Source: Gemmatimonadales bacterium
GTDB taxonomy: Bacteria > Gemmatimonadota > Gemmatimonadetes > Gemmatimonadales > GWC2-71-9
NCBI GenBank assembly: GCA_036741715.1
Contig: DAINRR010000001.1
Span: 3,501-67,500, forward strand
Direction: 5' to 3'
Length of the DNA: 64,000 nt
Position 1 is the stretch's first letter; each line of letters starts with the position of its first letter. Both the position numbers and the translations under genes were made by a program. The notes beneath the pieces are model-generated. The model was not told the origin of the DNA, did not search any database, and saw only the letters and a program-made list of their open reading frames with translations. Shown here piece by piece: positions 48,429 through 56,932 of this stretch.

Positions 48429-51217
48429 CCGGCCGCCGGTACCCCTTGCTGGTGCTCGGGGCGCTCTCGGCACAGCTCGCCTTCGCTGCTCCGGCCGCCG
48501 CGCAGTCGGCGGGCGCGATCGCCGGCAGGGTGACCGACGCCGAGTCCGGGCTTCCCGTCGTCGGGGCGCTCGTCACGGTGAGCGACGGACGGCGCGGCAA
48601 TGTCACCGACACCAGCGGGGCGTACCGCATCCGCGAAGTGCGGAGCGGCACGTACTCCGTGCACGTCCGCGCGATCGGCTATGCACCGATCCGGCGCGAC
48701 AGCCTCATGGTGCAGGGCGGCTCGACCACGCTCGCCGACTTCAGCATGCGGCCCTCCGCGGTCGAGGTGGCACCGATCGTCGTCGAGACGGCCGACCCCG
48801 TGCTCGATCCGCTGCGCACGGCGACGGAGCAGGTCGTCACCGCCGAAGACCTGCGCACCCTTCCCGTCAGCTCGCTGGAGGAGGCGGTGGCCCTCTCGGC
48901 CGGCGCCGTGGGTGAGAGTTATCGCGGTGGTCGGCTCGGGCAGGAGTCGTTCATCATCGACGGGCTCGGCGTGAAGAACCAGCTCGATGCGTCCACCGGC
49001 TCGCTCGGCATCCGGCTTCCGCCGGACATCCTCACCGAGGCCTCGCTCGTCACGAACGGATTCTCCGCGCGCTATGGCCAGGCGTTGTCGGGGCTCATCA
49101 ACGTGGTCACCAAGGATGGCGGCGAGGAATGGCGCGGCCGCGCGGCGTTCGAGACCGACCGGCCGTTCGGTGCGGGATGGGACCATGGGCTCGATCGCAC
49201 GGTCGTCGAGGCGGACGGGCCGCTGTTCGGCGGCATTCGCGGACTCGTGGCGGCGGACCTCTCTGCCCGCCTCGATGCCGAGCCGGTGAGCGCGCCCGCG
49301 CCGGAGAATCCGCTCGACCCGCGGTTCGACAACCCGCACCTGCTCCCGCACAACGCGGGGGAGCAGTACAACTTCGCCGGGAAGCTCACGGTGCCGATCG
49401 GCGCGCGGAACACGCTGCGCCTCTTCGGCCTGCGATCGATCGACCAGCGGCAGCTGTTCGATCCTGCGTTCAAGTACGATCCCGATTTCGGCCCCGCCCG
49501 GCGCACGTCGGGCACCCTCACGAGCGCGCACCTGCAACACGCCACCGGGCCGACGTCCGGCCTCCCGCTCGTCGCCGACCTGCGCGTCGCGCTCTTCTCG
49601 CGGGAATTCATCCGCGGTACGCTCGCCGAGGAGCCGGACTACCGCTTCGGCGCGTTCACCGGCGACCGTTTCTCGTTCATCGGCGAGGACATCGCGCGCG
49701 CACAGGACACCGCGACGGCACGGGCGCCGATCCCGGGGCTCGGTGCGCCGCTGCCGAGCAACAATTCACCGTGGGGCGTTCCGGCGTTCTTCCTCTCCGA
49801 GGGGAGCCGTGGCGAGCTCGCCTGGAACCACTTCCGGGAAGTACGCTCGCAGCTCGACCTCACGTTCGGCGCGGGGCAGACGGGCGACATCTTCGCCGGC
49901 GTCGAGGTGGTGAGCCAGCGCGTCCGCACCTTCCAGCGAGCGCTCGGCTACCTCCCCGTGGGCATCGGCGACAGCGTGCCGCCCGCAACCGCCTCCGAGT
50001 TCACGCCGCTCGCCGGCGCGGCCTACCTCGAAGGTCAGTTCCGCCTGGCCGACCTCGGCATCACGACGGGCCTGCGATACGACCGCTTCGGCACCCGCAG
50101 CGACCTCCCCGGTTCCAACGGCGAGGCGCAGTCGAAGTTCAATCCCCGCATCGCGGTTTCGACCGTGCTGCGCGGCGCCACGTTCGTCGCCAGCATCGGC
50201 CGCTTCAGCCAGGCGCCCGATTACCAGTACCTGGTGGACGCGGCTTTCGACGACACGACGCGCACCGGCCGGTTCCGCCAGGGCAACCCGAACCTCGGAT
50301 TCGAAGGCTCGTGGCAGTACGAGTTCAGCGTTCGCGCGCGGCCACGGCCCGGCATCGCCGTGCGCGTCAATGCCTTCGTCAAGCGCCTCGAGGGGCTGGT
50401 GAGCTCGGTGCCACTGGGCGTCGACCCCGACTCGTCCATCTTCGGCAATGCCGACAACGGCACCGTGCGCGGGGGTGAGGTGCTCTTCGAGCGGGAAATG
50501 CGGCAGGGCTGGGGGGTGCGCGCCTCCTACACGCTGCAGCAGGCGCTGGCGACGTCCACGAGCGCATTTCTCCTGCGGCGCGTCATCCGCATCGACCCGT
50601 TCACCGGCGACACGATCATCCCGGCCAAGGTCGAGTTCCCGCTGGACTACGATCGCCGCCATAACCTCACGCTCATCGTGCAGAGCCAGGTGAGCGACAG
50701 CGGCGGGCCGAGGCTGCTCGGCGTGCGCCCGCTCGGCGGGCTCGAAGCGGCGCTCATCGGCCGGCTCTCGTCCGGCCTGCCGTTCACGCGGTACCAGCCC
50801 GGTTCCGACACGCTGGTCGGCGAGCCGAACGCCGCGCGCCTGCCGGCCACCTCGACCGTGGACATGCTGCTGCGCCGGCCACTGATGCTCGGCGGTGTTC
50901 GCGGCAGCGTCTACATGGACGTCCGCAATATCCTCGGCCGGCGCAACGTCATTGCGCTGCGACGGGATACCGGCGAGCCGGGCCCCGACAATCAGGTGCT
51001 CGAGACGATGGCGCAGGAGGCCTTCGCGTCGCACCCGGAGCGGATTCCGTACGAATCGCCGCGATACCGGGCGCATGCCGACACGGACGGGAACGGTTAT
51101 GTCGAGGGGCAGGAGCTGCTGTCGATGTACCGCGCCGCTGCGATCGATGCGACGCAGCCGATCTTCGCCTATGGCGCGCCGAGGCTGGCGCGGGTGGGAA
51201 TCGAGGTGCTCTTCTAG
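48425..51217 (+). CDS. TonB-dependent receptor with N-terminal carboxypeptidase-regulatory-like domain
   Basis: ATG at 48425 overlaps the upstream stop (ATGA). Signal peptide is MTGRRYPLLVLGALSAQLAFAAPAAAQ. The CarboxypepD_reg block is IAGRVTDAESGLPVVGALVTVSDGRRGNVTDTSGAYRIREVRSGTYSVHVRAIGY. Plug block is LSAGAVGESYRGGRLGQESFIIDGLGV. The barrel ends in an aromatic (ARVGIEVLF). Confidence 0.88.
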   Translation: MTGRRYPLLVLGALSAQLAFAAPAAAQSAGAIAGRVTDAESGLPVVGALVTVSDGRRGNVTDTSGAYRIREVRSGTYSVHVRAIGYAPIRRDSLMVQGGSTTLADFSMRPSAVEVAPIVVETADPVLDPLRTATEQVVTAEDLRTLPVSSLEEAVALSAGAVGESYRGGRLGQESFIIDGLGVKNQLDASTGSLGIRLPPDILTEASLVTNGFSARYGQALSGLINVVTKDGGEEWRGRAAFETDRPFGAGWDHGLDRTVVEADGPLFGGIRGLVAADLSARLDAEPVSAPAPENPLDPRFDNPHLLPHNAGEQYNFAGKLTVPIGARNTLRLFGLRSIDQRQLFDPAFKYDPDFGPARRTSGTLTSAHLQHATGPTSGLPLVADLRVALFSREFIRGTLAEEPDYRFGAFTGDRFSFIGEDIARAQDTATARAPIPGLGAPLPSNNSPWGVPAFFLSEGSRGELAWNHFREVRSQLDLTFGAGQTGDIFAGVEVVSQRVRTFQRALGYLPVGIGDSVPPATASEFTPLAGAAYLEGQFRLADLGITTGLRYDRFGTRSDLPGSNGEAQSKFNPRIAVSTVLRGATFVASIGRFSQAPDYQYLVDAAFDDTTRTGRFRQGNPNLGFEGSWQYEFSVRARPRPGIAVRVNAFVKRLEGLVSSVPLGVDPDSSIFGNADNGTVRGGEVLFEREMRQGWGVRASYTLQQALATSTSAFLLRRVIRIDPFTGDTIIPAKVEFPLDYDRRHNLTLIVQSQVSDSGGPRLLGVRPLGGLEAALIGRLSSGLPFTRYQPGSDTLVGEPNAARLPATSTVDMLLRRPLMLGGVRGSVYMDVRNILGRRNVIALRRDTGEPGPDNQVLETMAQEAFASHPERIPYESPRYRAHADTDGNGYVEGQELLSMYRAAAIDATQPIFAYGAPRLARVGIEVLF

Positions 51218-52119
51218 CGCGCCGCGGCCAGGTCCTGCCGCGTCAGTTCCGTGTTGATCGCGATCGCCGCCTGGGCACCTTCCGCGGCGGCGACGATCAC
51301 GAGCTGGGCGTCCTTCGACGCGTCGCCCGCGACGTAGAGACCGGGAATCGCCGTGCTTTCGGCGGTCCCGGTCTTTACCGCGCCATGAGGCGTGAATCGC
51401 GCGCCGAAGTGAGCTGCGAAGCCGGACCCCTGCCGCTGCCCGGTGCAGAAGAAGAGCGCCTTGCGGGAGAGGGGCTCGCCCTCGGCGAAGATGATCCGCT
51501 CCAGTCGCCCCTCCCGCCCCTCCAGCCGCACGACCCGCTCCGCGCGAATCGCGATGCGCTGGCGCTCGAGATCGGCCAGCAGCCCGGGCGGATAATGGTG
51601 GGGGCCATCGGTGCAGAGCACGATGTCCCGGCTCCACGTGATCATGCCGAGTGCGTATTTCGCAGCGTGCTCGCCGCATCCGTAGACGGCGATCGGCTCA
51701 TCGAGGTGCTCCCAGCCATCACAGTATGGACAGTGATGCACGCTGCGGCCGTAGAGCGTCTCGATTCCGTCGATCACCGGGATGTCGTCCACCACGCCGG
51801 TGGCGACGAGCAGCGTGCGGCCGGTGACGCGGCTGCCGTCGGCGAGATGCACGACAAAGCCGCCGTCGGCCTCATCGGCCTCGACGGCTTCCACGTGCCG
51901 CACCTCGACGGACGGATAGGCCCCGATCTCTCGGCGTGCCAGGTCGAGGAATCCCGCCGGGGCAACGCCGTCCCGCGTCAGGTAGCCATGCATCGCCGCC
52001 GATCGCCGGTTGCGCGGCGCGCCCGCGTCGACGACGAGCACGCGGCGGCGCGAACGGCCCAGGAGGAGCGCGGCGCTCAGCCCGGCCGGGCCGCCGCCGA
52101 TGACGAGCGTGTCGTACAG
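51214..52119 (-). CDS. Thioredoxin-reductase-like FAD/NAD(P)-dependent oxidoreductase with CPYC motif
   Basis: Motifs are LYDTLVIGGGPAGLSAALLLG (FAD GxGxxG), HHCPYCDGWE and PGLYVAGDAS. There is no ATG, GTG or TTG between the upstream gene's stop (52121-52123) and the GxGxxG motif. I propose the CTG at 52119. The tracked GTG at 52254 would add 45 residues that overlap the upstream gene. Confidence 0.75.
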   Translation of the reverse strand: MYDTLVIGGGPAGLSAALLLGRSRRRVLVVDAGAPRNRRSAAMHGYLTRDGVAPAGFLDLARREIGAYPSVEVRHVEAVEADEADGGFVVHLADGSRVTGRTLLVATGVVDDIPVIDGIETLYGRSVHHCPYCDGWEHLDEPIAVYGCGEHAAKYALGMITWSRDIVLCTDGPHHYPPGLLADLERQRIAIRAERVVRLEGREGRLERIIFAEGEPLSRKALFFCTGQRQGSGFAAHFGARFTPHGAVKTGTAESTAIPGLYVAGDASKDAQLVIVAAAEGAQAAIAINTELTRQDLAAAR

Positions 52120-52120
52120 A

Positions 52121-52891
52121 TCAGAGCCCGGTCGCGGGCTGGCGTGCCAGCTCGGAGTCGCTTTCCTCCTCCTCCATCGCTTCCTTGAAGCGCTCCAGGT
52201 CGTCGGCGACCTGCTGCGACGGCTCCTCGCCGAAGAGCCGCGCGATCGCGGCACCGAGGCGACCCGCCGGCGGCTCGTAGCTCAGCACCACGCGCACCTC
52301 GGTGCTGCGCCCCTCCGCGATCGGCGTGAAGTGCACCGACCCGGCATTGCCGACCTCCGAGCCCGGGAGCGACCGCCAGGCGATCAGCTCGTTCTCGATC
52401 TCGTTGTGGATCTCGGCGTCCCATTCGATGCTGGTGCCGGCCGGCCCCTTCGCCACCCAGTGCGAGCGATCCGCGTCGAGCACCGTCACCGACTGCAGAT
52501 GATCCATGAAACGGGGAAGATTCTCGAAGTTCCGCCAGTACGCGTACAGCTCGTCCGGTGTCCGATCGATGATGATCCGCTCCTCGACCTTGATCCCTTC
52601 CCCCCGGTTGACGCTCGCCACCCGGCTCACGGTGTCGCGGTCGCGGGCGGAATCCCGGCCGAGCGCGCGGTTGACGGCGCAGCGGCCGCTCACCGCGCGG
52701 GCGATGAGGCCGGTGCCGACGGGAAGAAGCAGACCACGCAGCCGGCCGCGTCGGAGGCTGTACCCGATGATCGCCGCGCCGGCGAGCCCGGAGAGCACCC
52801 GCTCCGCCGGTCCGACGTTGACGTCCGATGAGGTGTAGCGGCTTCCGACGCGCCGATCGTTGATCGGGGTCGGCTCGAGGGCGTTGCGCAT
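52121..52891 (-). CDS. SRPBCC (cyclase/dehydrase-type) protein with N-terminal DUF2892-like membrane hairpin
   Basis: ATG at 52891 is preceded by AGGAGGA. The N-terminus is MRNALEPTPIND...GPAERVLSGLAGAAIIGYSL...VGTGLIARAVSGRCAVNRAL. The SRPBCC core is IIIDRTPDELYAYWRNFENLPRFMDHLQSVTVLD...WDAEIHNEIENELIAWRS. The C-terminal tail is acidic. Confidence 0.8.
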   Translation of the reverse strand: MRNALEPTPINDRRVGSRYTSSDVNVGPAERVLSGLAGAAIIGYSLRRGRLRGLLLPVGTGLIARAVSGRCAVNRALGRDSARDRDTVSRVASVNRGEGIKVEERIIIDRTPDELYAYWRNFENLPRFMDHLQSVTVLDADRSHWVAKGPAGTSIEWDAEIHNEIENELIAWRSLPGSEVGNAGSVHFTPIAEGRSTEVRVVLSYEPPAGRLGAAIARLFGEEPSQQVADDLERFKEAMEEEESDSELARQPATGL

Positions 52892-52985
52892 CACTGGTCC
52901 TCCTGGCACACGGGAAAACGTTCGCGGGCGGAGAGTGTAACGCCGGCGGCCAACAGGGGCTGTGTCGGGTGACACACCGCCCGGC

Positions 52986-53234
52986 TCACTTCTTGCCGCG
53001 ACGCACCCGCTCGTCGTGTGCAGCGTCGTCGAGCTGCGTGGCGAGACCGTCCCGGTGCTCCGGATCCGCCGCTTCCTCCTCCTGCGCGACCTGGCTGTGG
53101 CCCTGGTTGTCCTCGTCTCGCGGCTCGGTGAAGTCGAGCTCGGCCGGGCCTTCCCCTGCGGGGGAGCGCTGTGCGAAGCGACGCCGCTCGTCCTCGTCCA
53201 TCGTCGCGTAATCCTGCGAAATGTTCCGTGCCAT
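52986..53234 (-). CDS. Hypothetical small acidic protein (82 aa)
   Basis: ATG at 53234 is preceded by GGAGAG. The product is MARNISQDYATMDEDERRRFAQRSPAGEGPAELDFTEPRDEDNQGHSQVAQEEEAADPEHRDG... and looks hydrophilic and disordered. Confidence 0.5.
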   Translation of the reverse strand: MARNISQDYATMDEDERRRFAQRSPAGEGPAELDFTEPRDEDNQGHSQVAQEEEAADPEHRDGLATQLDDAAHDERVRRGKK

Positions 53235-53305
53235 GAGTCTCTCCAGCCGCGCGCCGTGGGCCGCGACATGCAATGTGAGTGAATGCCGATGACGGGCCGA
53301 TCGAA

Positions 53306-53989
53306 TCAGGCGTCCGAGCGTCGCCGCCCGGGCCTGCTCGTCCGGCGCTCGGGTCCCGGCCAGTCCACGCTTCCTGTCGCGCCTGGAATGAGATCGTGGT
53401 CGACGGGAACGTTCCTCGCCACGTGCTCGCCGATGCGCGCAGTGGGCCGCGCGCGGAGTGCGCCGAGCGAGGCTCCGTGCAGCTTGAGCGTGTCCCGAGC
53501 CTCCGACCCTCGCCTGGCGGCCACGACGGTGACCAGCGTGCCTCCTTCGCGGACCCCGCGCTCGAAATACCTCGCGTCCTCGTGGGGAATGCCCATGCCG
53601 ATGAGCGCGCCGAGAATGCCCCCCGTCGCCGCCCCGATCCCCGCGCCCGCCGCCGCGGTGCCGCCGACCACACCGAGGGTCGATGCGAGGACGCCACCGG
53701 CCACGACGGGGCCCACGCCCGGGATCGCGAGCACCCCGGCGCCGACGAGCATGCCGATCACGCCTCCGAGCACGCCGCCACCCGCGGCGCCCGATGCGGC
53801 TCCCCCCGCCGCGCGCGTCGCCGCGTCACCGATGAGCTCTCCCTGCTCCGACCGGTCCCGCATCGCGGCGCCGATCTCCTCCGGAGCGAACCCCCGTCCC
53901 CGGAGATCGCGGATCGCGTCGGCCGCGCGCTCGCGGTCGCGAAAGAGCCCGGCGACGACGTCCCGTTCCCCGCTGCCCTGATACGCCAT
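53306..53989 (-). CDS. General stress protein 17M (YflT)-like domain protein with Gly-zipper membrane segment
   Basis: ATG at 53989 is preceded by AGGAGGG. The N-terminus (VVAGLFRDRERAADAIRDLRGRGFAPEEIG) is YflT-like. The centre is a Gly/Ala-rich hydrophobic block (GGVLGGVIGMLVGAGVLAIPGVGPVVAGGVLA...). The C-terminus has IPHEDARYFERGVREGGTLVTV. Confidence 0.7.
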   Translation of the reverse strand: MAYQGSGERDVVAGLFRDRERAADAIRDLRGRGFAPEEIGAAMRDRSEQGELIGDAATRAAGGAASGAAGGGVLGGVIGMLVGAGVLAIPGVGPVVAGGVLASTLGVVGGTAAAGAGIGAATGGILGALIGMGIPHEDARYFERGVREGGTLVTVVAARRGSEARDTLKLHGASLGALRARPTARIGEHVARNVPVDHDLIPGATGSVDWPGPERRTSRPGRRRSDA

Positions 53990-54234
53990 CCGTCCCTCCT
54001 GCGTCGCAATCACGACCATCAGCGTTGCTCGACAACTTGCTGCTCCCACACGTGGAAACCTGTGACCTTTCTCACACGAATTCCGCAACTCAGCGCATGG
54101 CGTCACCGCGACACAATTCCCACCTTTCGCGCGTCGTTCCGGCGGTGCCTGCCCGGTCCGACTCGCGGTACCGGAGATGCGCCCGTCTCCGTCCTGGTGC
54201 CACAATACGTGCTCGTCACCCCTCGGAGAGGCCC

Positions 54235-55374
54235 ATGCAGCATCGGCTCCCGTTTGTCGTCTTTTCACACCTCCGCTGGGACTTCGTCTATCAGCGGCCG
54301 CAGCATCTCCTGAGCCGCATCGCCACGCGCCGCCGCGTGCTCTTCATCGAGGAGCCGGTGCCCGGGTCGGCATCGTCGCGGTGGGAGCGCATGGAGCCGT
54401 CGCCGGGCGTCACCGTCTTCCGGCCACATACGCCGATTGCCTCACCCGGCTTCTCGGAGGAGCAGTTGTCGGTGCTCCTCGGGATGGTTCGCGATCTGGT
54501 GACGGAGGAGGAGGTCGAGGGCTCGGTGGCGTGGATGTACACGCCGCTCGCCCTCCCGCTCCTGGGCGCGATGCGCCCCGCCGCGACCGTCTATGACTGC
54601 ATGGACGAGCTCTCGCTCTTTCTGCACGCGCCGCCGCAGCTGCTGCCGCGCGAAGCTGCGCTGCTTCGCCGTGCCGACGTCGTCTTCACCGGCGGACCGA
54701 GCCTTTACGAGGCGAAGAAGCATCGGCACGGCAACATCCACTGCTTTCCCAGCAGTGTGGATGCCGATCACTTCCGGGCAGCGCGACCCGAGCCGGCGGA
54801 CCAGTCGGCGCTGCCGGCGCCGCGCTTCGGGTTCTACGGCGTGATCGACGAACGCATCGACCTGCCGTTGATCGACGCGCTGGCCGAGCGGCATCCCGAA
54901 TGGCAGATCGTGATGGTCGGCCCGGTCGTGAAGATCGATCCCGCGACGCTGCCGCGGCGCGCCAATATCCACTGGCTCGGCCAGCGGAGCTACGAGGAGC
55001 TGCCGGCGTACCTCGCCGGGTGGGACGTCTCGCTCCTTCCGTTCGCGCGGAACGACGCCACGCGCTTCATCAGCCCGACCAAGACGCTCGAGTACATGGT
55101 CGTCGAGCGTCCGATCGTGAGCACACCGATCACCGACGTCGCGGTCCCGTACCGCGACATCGTTTATCTCGGCGGTACCCCCGCCGAATTCGTGGCCGCC
55201 TGCGAGGCGGCACTGGACTCGTCCGCCGCCGAGCGCGCGCACCGCGCGCTCGGAATGCGACAGGTGCTGGCGCGCACCTCGTGGGATGCGACCGCAGCAG
55301 CCATGGAGCAATTGATCGAGGATGCCCTTCGCCGCCGGAGCGCGACGATGCCGCTCGCGGCCCAGGCGTCCTGA
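54235..55374 (+). CDS. GT-B fold glycosyltransferase (family 1-like)
   Basis: An internal ATG at 54235 gives MQHRLPFVVFSHLRWDFVYQRPQHLLSR. The C-terminal domain has FGFYGVIDERIDLPLI and LLPFARNDATRFISPTKTLEYM (GT-B E-x7-E region). Confidence 0.8.
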   Translation: MQHRLPFVVFSHLRWDFVYQRPQHLLSRIATRRRVLFIEEPVPGSASSRWERMEPSPGVTVFRPHTPIASPGFSEEQLSVLLGMVRDLVTEEEVEGSVAWMYTPLALPLLGAMRPAATVYDCMDELSLFLHAPPQLLPREAALLRRADVVFTGGPSLYEAKKHRHGNIHCFPSSVDADHFRAARPEPADQSALPAPRFGFYGVIDERIDLPLIDALAERHPEWQIVMVGPVVKIDPATLPRRANIHWLGQRSYEELPAYLAGWDVSLLPFARNDATRFISPTKTLEYMVVERPIVSTPITDVAVPYRDIVYLGGTPAEFVAACEAALDSSAAERAHRALGMRQVLARTSWDATAAAMEQLIEDALRRRSATMPLAAQAS

Positions 55375-55402
55375 CGTGCAACGGAAAGGAATTGCGCTCG
55401 AC

Positions 55403-56932
55403 ATGTCTTCCCACGAAATGCAGGGGCGCCAGCCGCCCGTCGTCGTCATCGGGGCCGGCCCCACGGGGCTCAGCGCAGCATATCACCTGGGCACCGACGG
55501 CCTCCTCATCGAGGGCCGGAACGAGGTAGGCGGGTGGTGCCGGTCGATCACCGACCACGGCTTCACGTTCGACTATGCCGGCCACATCATGTTCACCAAC
55601 GATCCCTACGTGCTGCGGCTCTACGAGCTGCTGCTCGGGGACAACATGCACTGGCAGGACCGGGAAGCCTGGATCTACAGCAAGAACACGTACACCCGGT
55701 ATCCCTTCCAGGGCGCCCTCTACGGGCTGCCCCCCGACGTCATCAAGGAGTGCATCGTCGGCGCCATCGAGGCACGGTTCGGCAGCGTCAGCAATCCGCG
55801 GCAGGGCGACAGCACGCCCGCCACTGCCGACTATACGGGCCCGGAGCGCCGCGGCATGTTCGAGCCGCTGCTCAAGAAGAAGCAGGGCGGCATCGCGGGG
55901 TCGGTACGGCCGGATTATCACGGCACCGATCGGCGGCGCCCCGTCAAGGGCCCGCCGCGGAATTTCGAGGAGTTCATCTACAAGGTCTGGGGCGCGGGTA
56001 TCGCGAAGCACTTCGCGATCCCCTACAACCAGAAGCTCTGGGCGGTGCCGCTCTCGGAAATGGAAACGTCCTGGCTCGGCGGCCGGGTCCCGCTGCCGAA
56101 CCTGGAGGAAATGATCGACGGCGCGCTCTCACCCGTCGGCAAGCCGATGGGGCCGAACGCGCGCTTCGGCTATCCGCTCCGCGGCGGGTTCCAGGCGCTG
56201 ATGGACGGCTTCCTTCCGCACCTCAAGGGTGAGCTGCGTCTCGGGACGCAGGTCGTCGAAATCCTGCCGAAGCAGCGGTCGCTCCGCACGAGCGACGGCT
56301 TGACCGTGCCCTACGAGCAGCTGATCAGCACGATGCCGCTGCCCGCGCTCGTCAAGGTGATCGGCCAGCAGGCCCCGCCCGAGGTGCAGGCTGCCGCGGC
56401 GGCGCTGCGGCATGTCTCGGTGCGGTGCGTCAACATCGGGGTCGGCCGCGAGGCGCTCACCGAGAAGCACTGGATCTACTATCCCGAGGATACCGTCTTC
56501 CACCGCATCTTCGTGCAGGGAAACGCCAGCCCCCTCTGCAATCCTCCGGGCGGCTTCGGCCTCACCTGCGAGATCACGTACTCGGACGCGAAACCCCTGC
56601 CCGCGGACGGCGACGAGCTGATCCGCCGTTGCATCGACGACTGCATACGCGTCGGGATGTTCACCGCCGACGATCCGATCATCTGCGCCAACCAGGTGGA
56701 CATGCCCGTGGCCTACGTGGTCTACGACCACGATCGCGCGGCCAACGTCAATCTGATCCGGGACTGGGTGTCGCAGTACGACATCATCCTGGCCGGACGG
56801 TACAGCGAGTGGGAGTACTACAACTCCGACCACGCATTCATCGCAGGGAAGAAGGCGGCCGACCAGGCGCTCGCCGCGCAGCAGGAGCAGTTCATGGCGT
56901 TCCCGCGTACGGCGGCGCTCAGCGAACGGTGA
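55403..56932 (+). CDS. FAD-dependent flavoprotein resembling eukaryote-type UDP-galactopyranose mutase
   Basis: ATG at 55403. Blocks are VVVIGAGPTGLSAAYHL, GGWCRS...GFTFDYAGHIMF, YPFQGALYGLP, PYNQKLWAVPLSEMETSWLGGRVPLPNLEE, GPNARFGYPLRGGFQAL, HWIYYPEDTVFHRIF and GRYSEWEYYNSDHAF. These match, from memory, the conserved blocks of fungal/protozoan UGM. Confidence 0.7.
   Translation: MSSHEMQGRQPPVVVIGAGPTGLSAAYHLGTDGLLIEGRNEVGGWCRSITDHGFTFDYAGHIMFTNDPYVLRLYELLLGDNMHWQDREAWIYSKNTYTRYPFQGALYGLPPDVIKECIVGAIEARFGSVSNPRQGDSTPATADYTGPERRGMFEPLLKKKQGGIAGSVRPDYHGTDRRRPVKGPPRNFEEFIYKVWGAGIAKHFAIPYNQKLWAVPLSEMETSWLGGRVPLPNLEEMIDGALSPVGKPMGPNARFGYPLRGGFQALMDGFLPHLKGELRLGTQVVEILPKQRSLRTSDGLTVPYEQLISTMPLPALVKVIGQQAPPEVQAAAAALRHVSVRCVNIGVGREALTEKHWIYYPEDTVFHRIFVQGNASPLCNPPGGFGLTCEITYSDAKPLPADGDELIRRCIDDCIRVGMFTADDPIICANQVDMPVAYVVYDHDRAANVNLIRDWVSQYDIILAGRYSEWEYYNSDHAFIAGKKAADQALAAQQEQFMAFPRTAALSER

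Noticed and set aside
52124-52254. The tracked GTG start at 52254 could be the start of the thioredoxin-reductase-like gene.
   Set aside because: The 45 extra residues (PRSRGSSARSRRSRSPTTWSASRKRWRRRKATPSW...) are low-complexity and lie entirely inside the upstream SRPBCC coding sequence. It is kept as the alternative only because no other canonical start exists.
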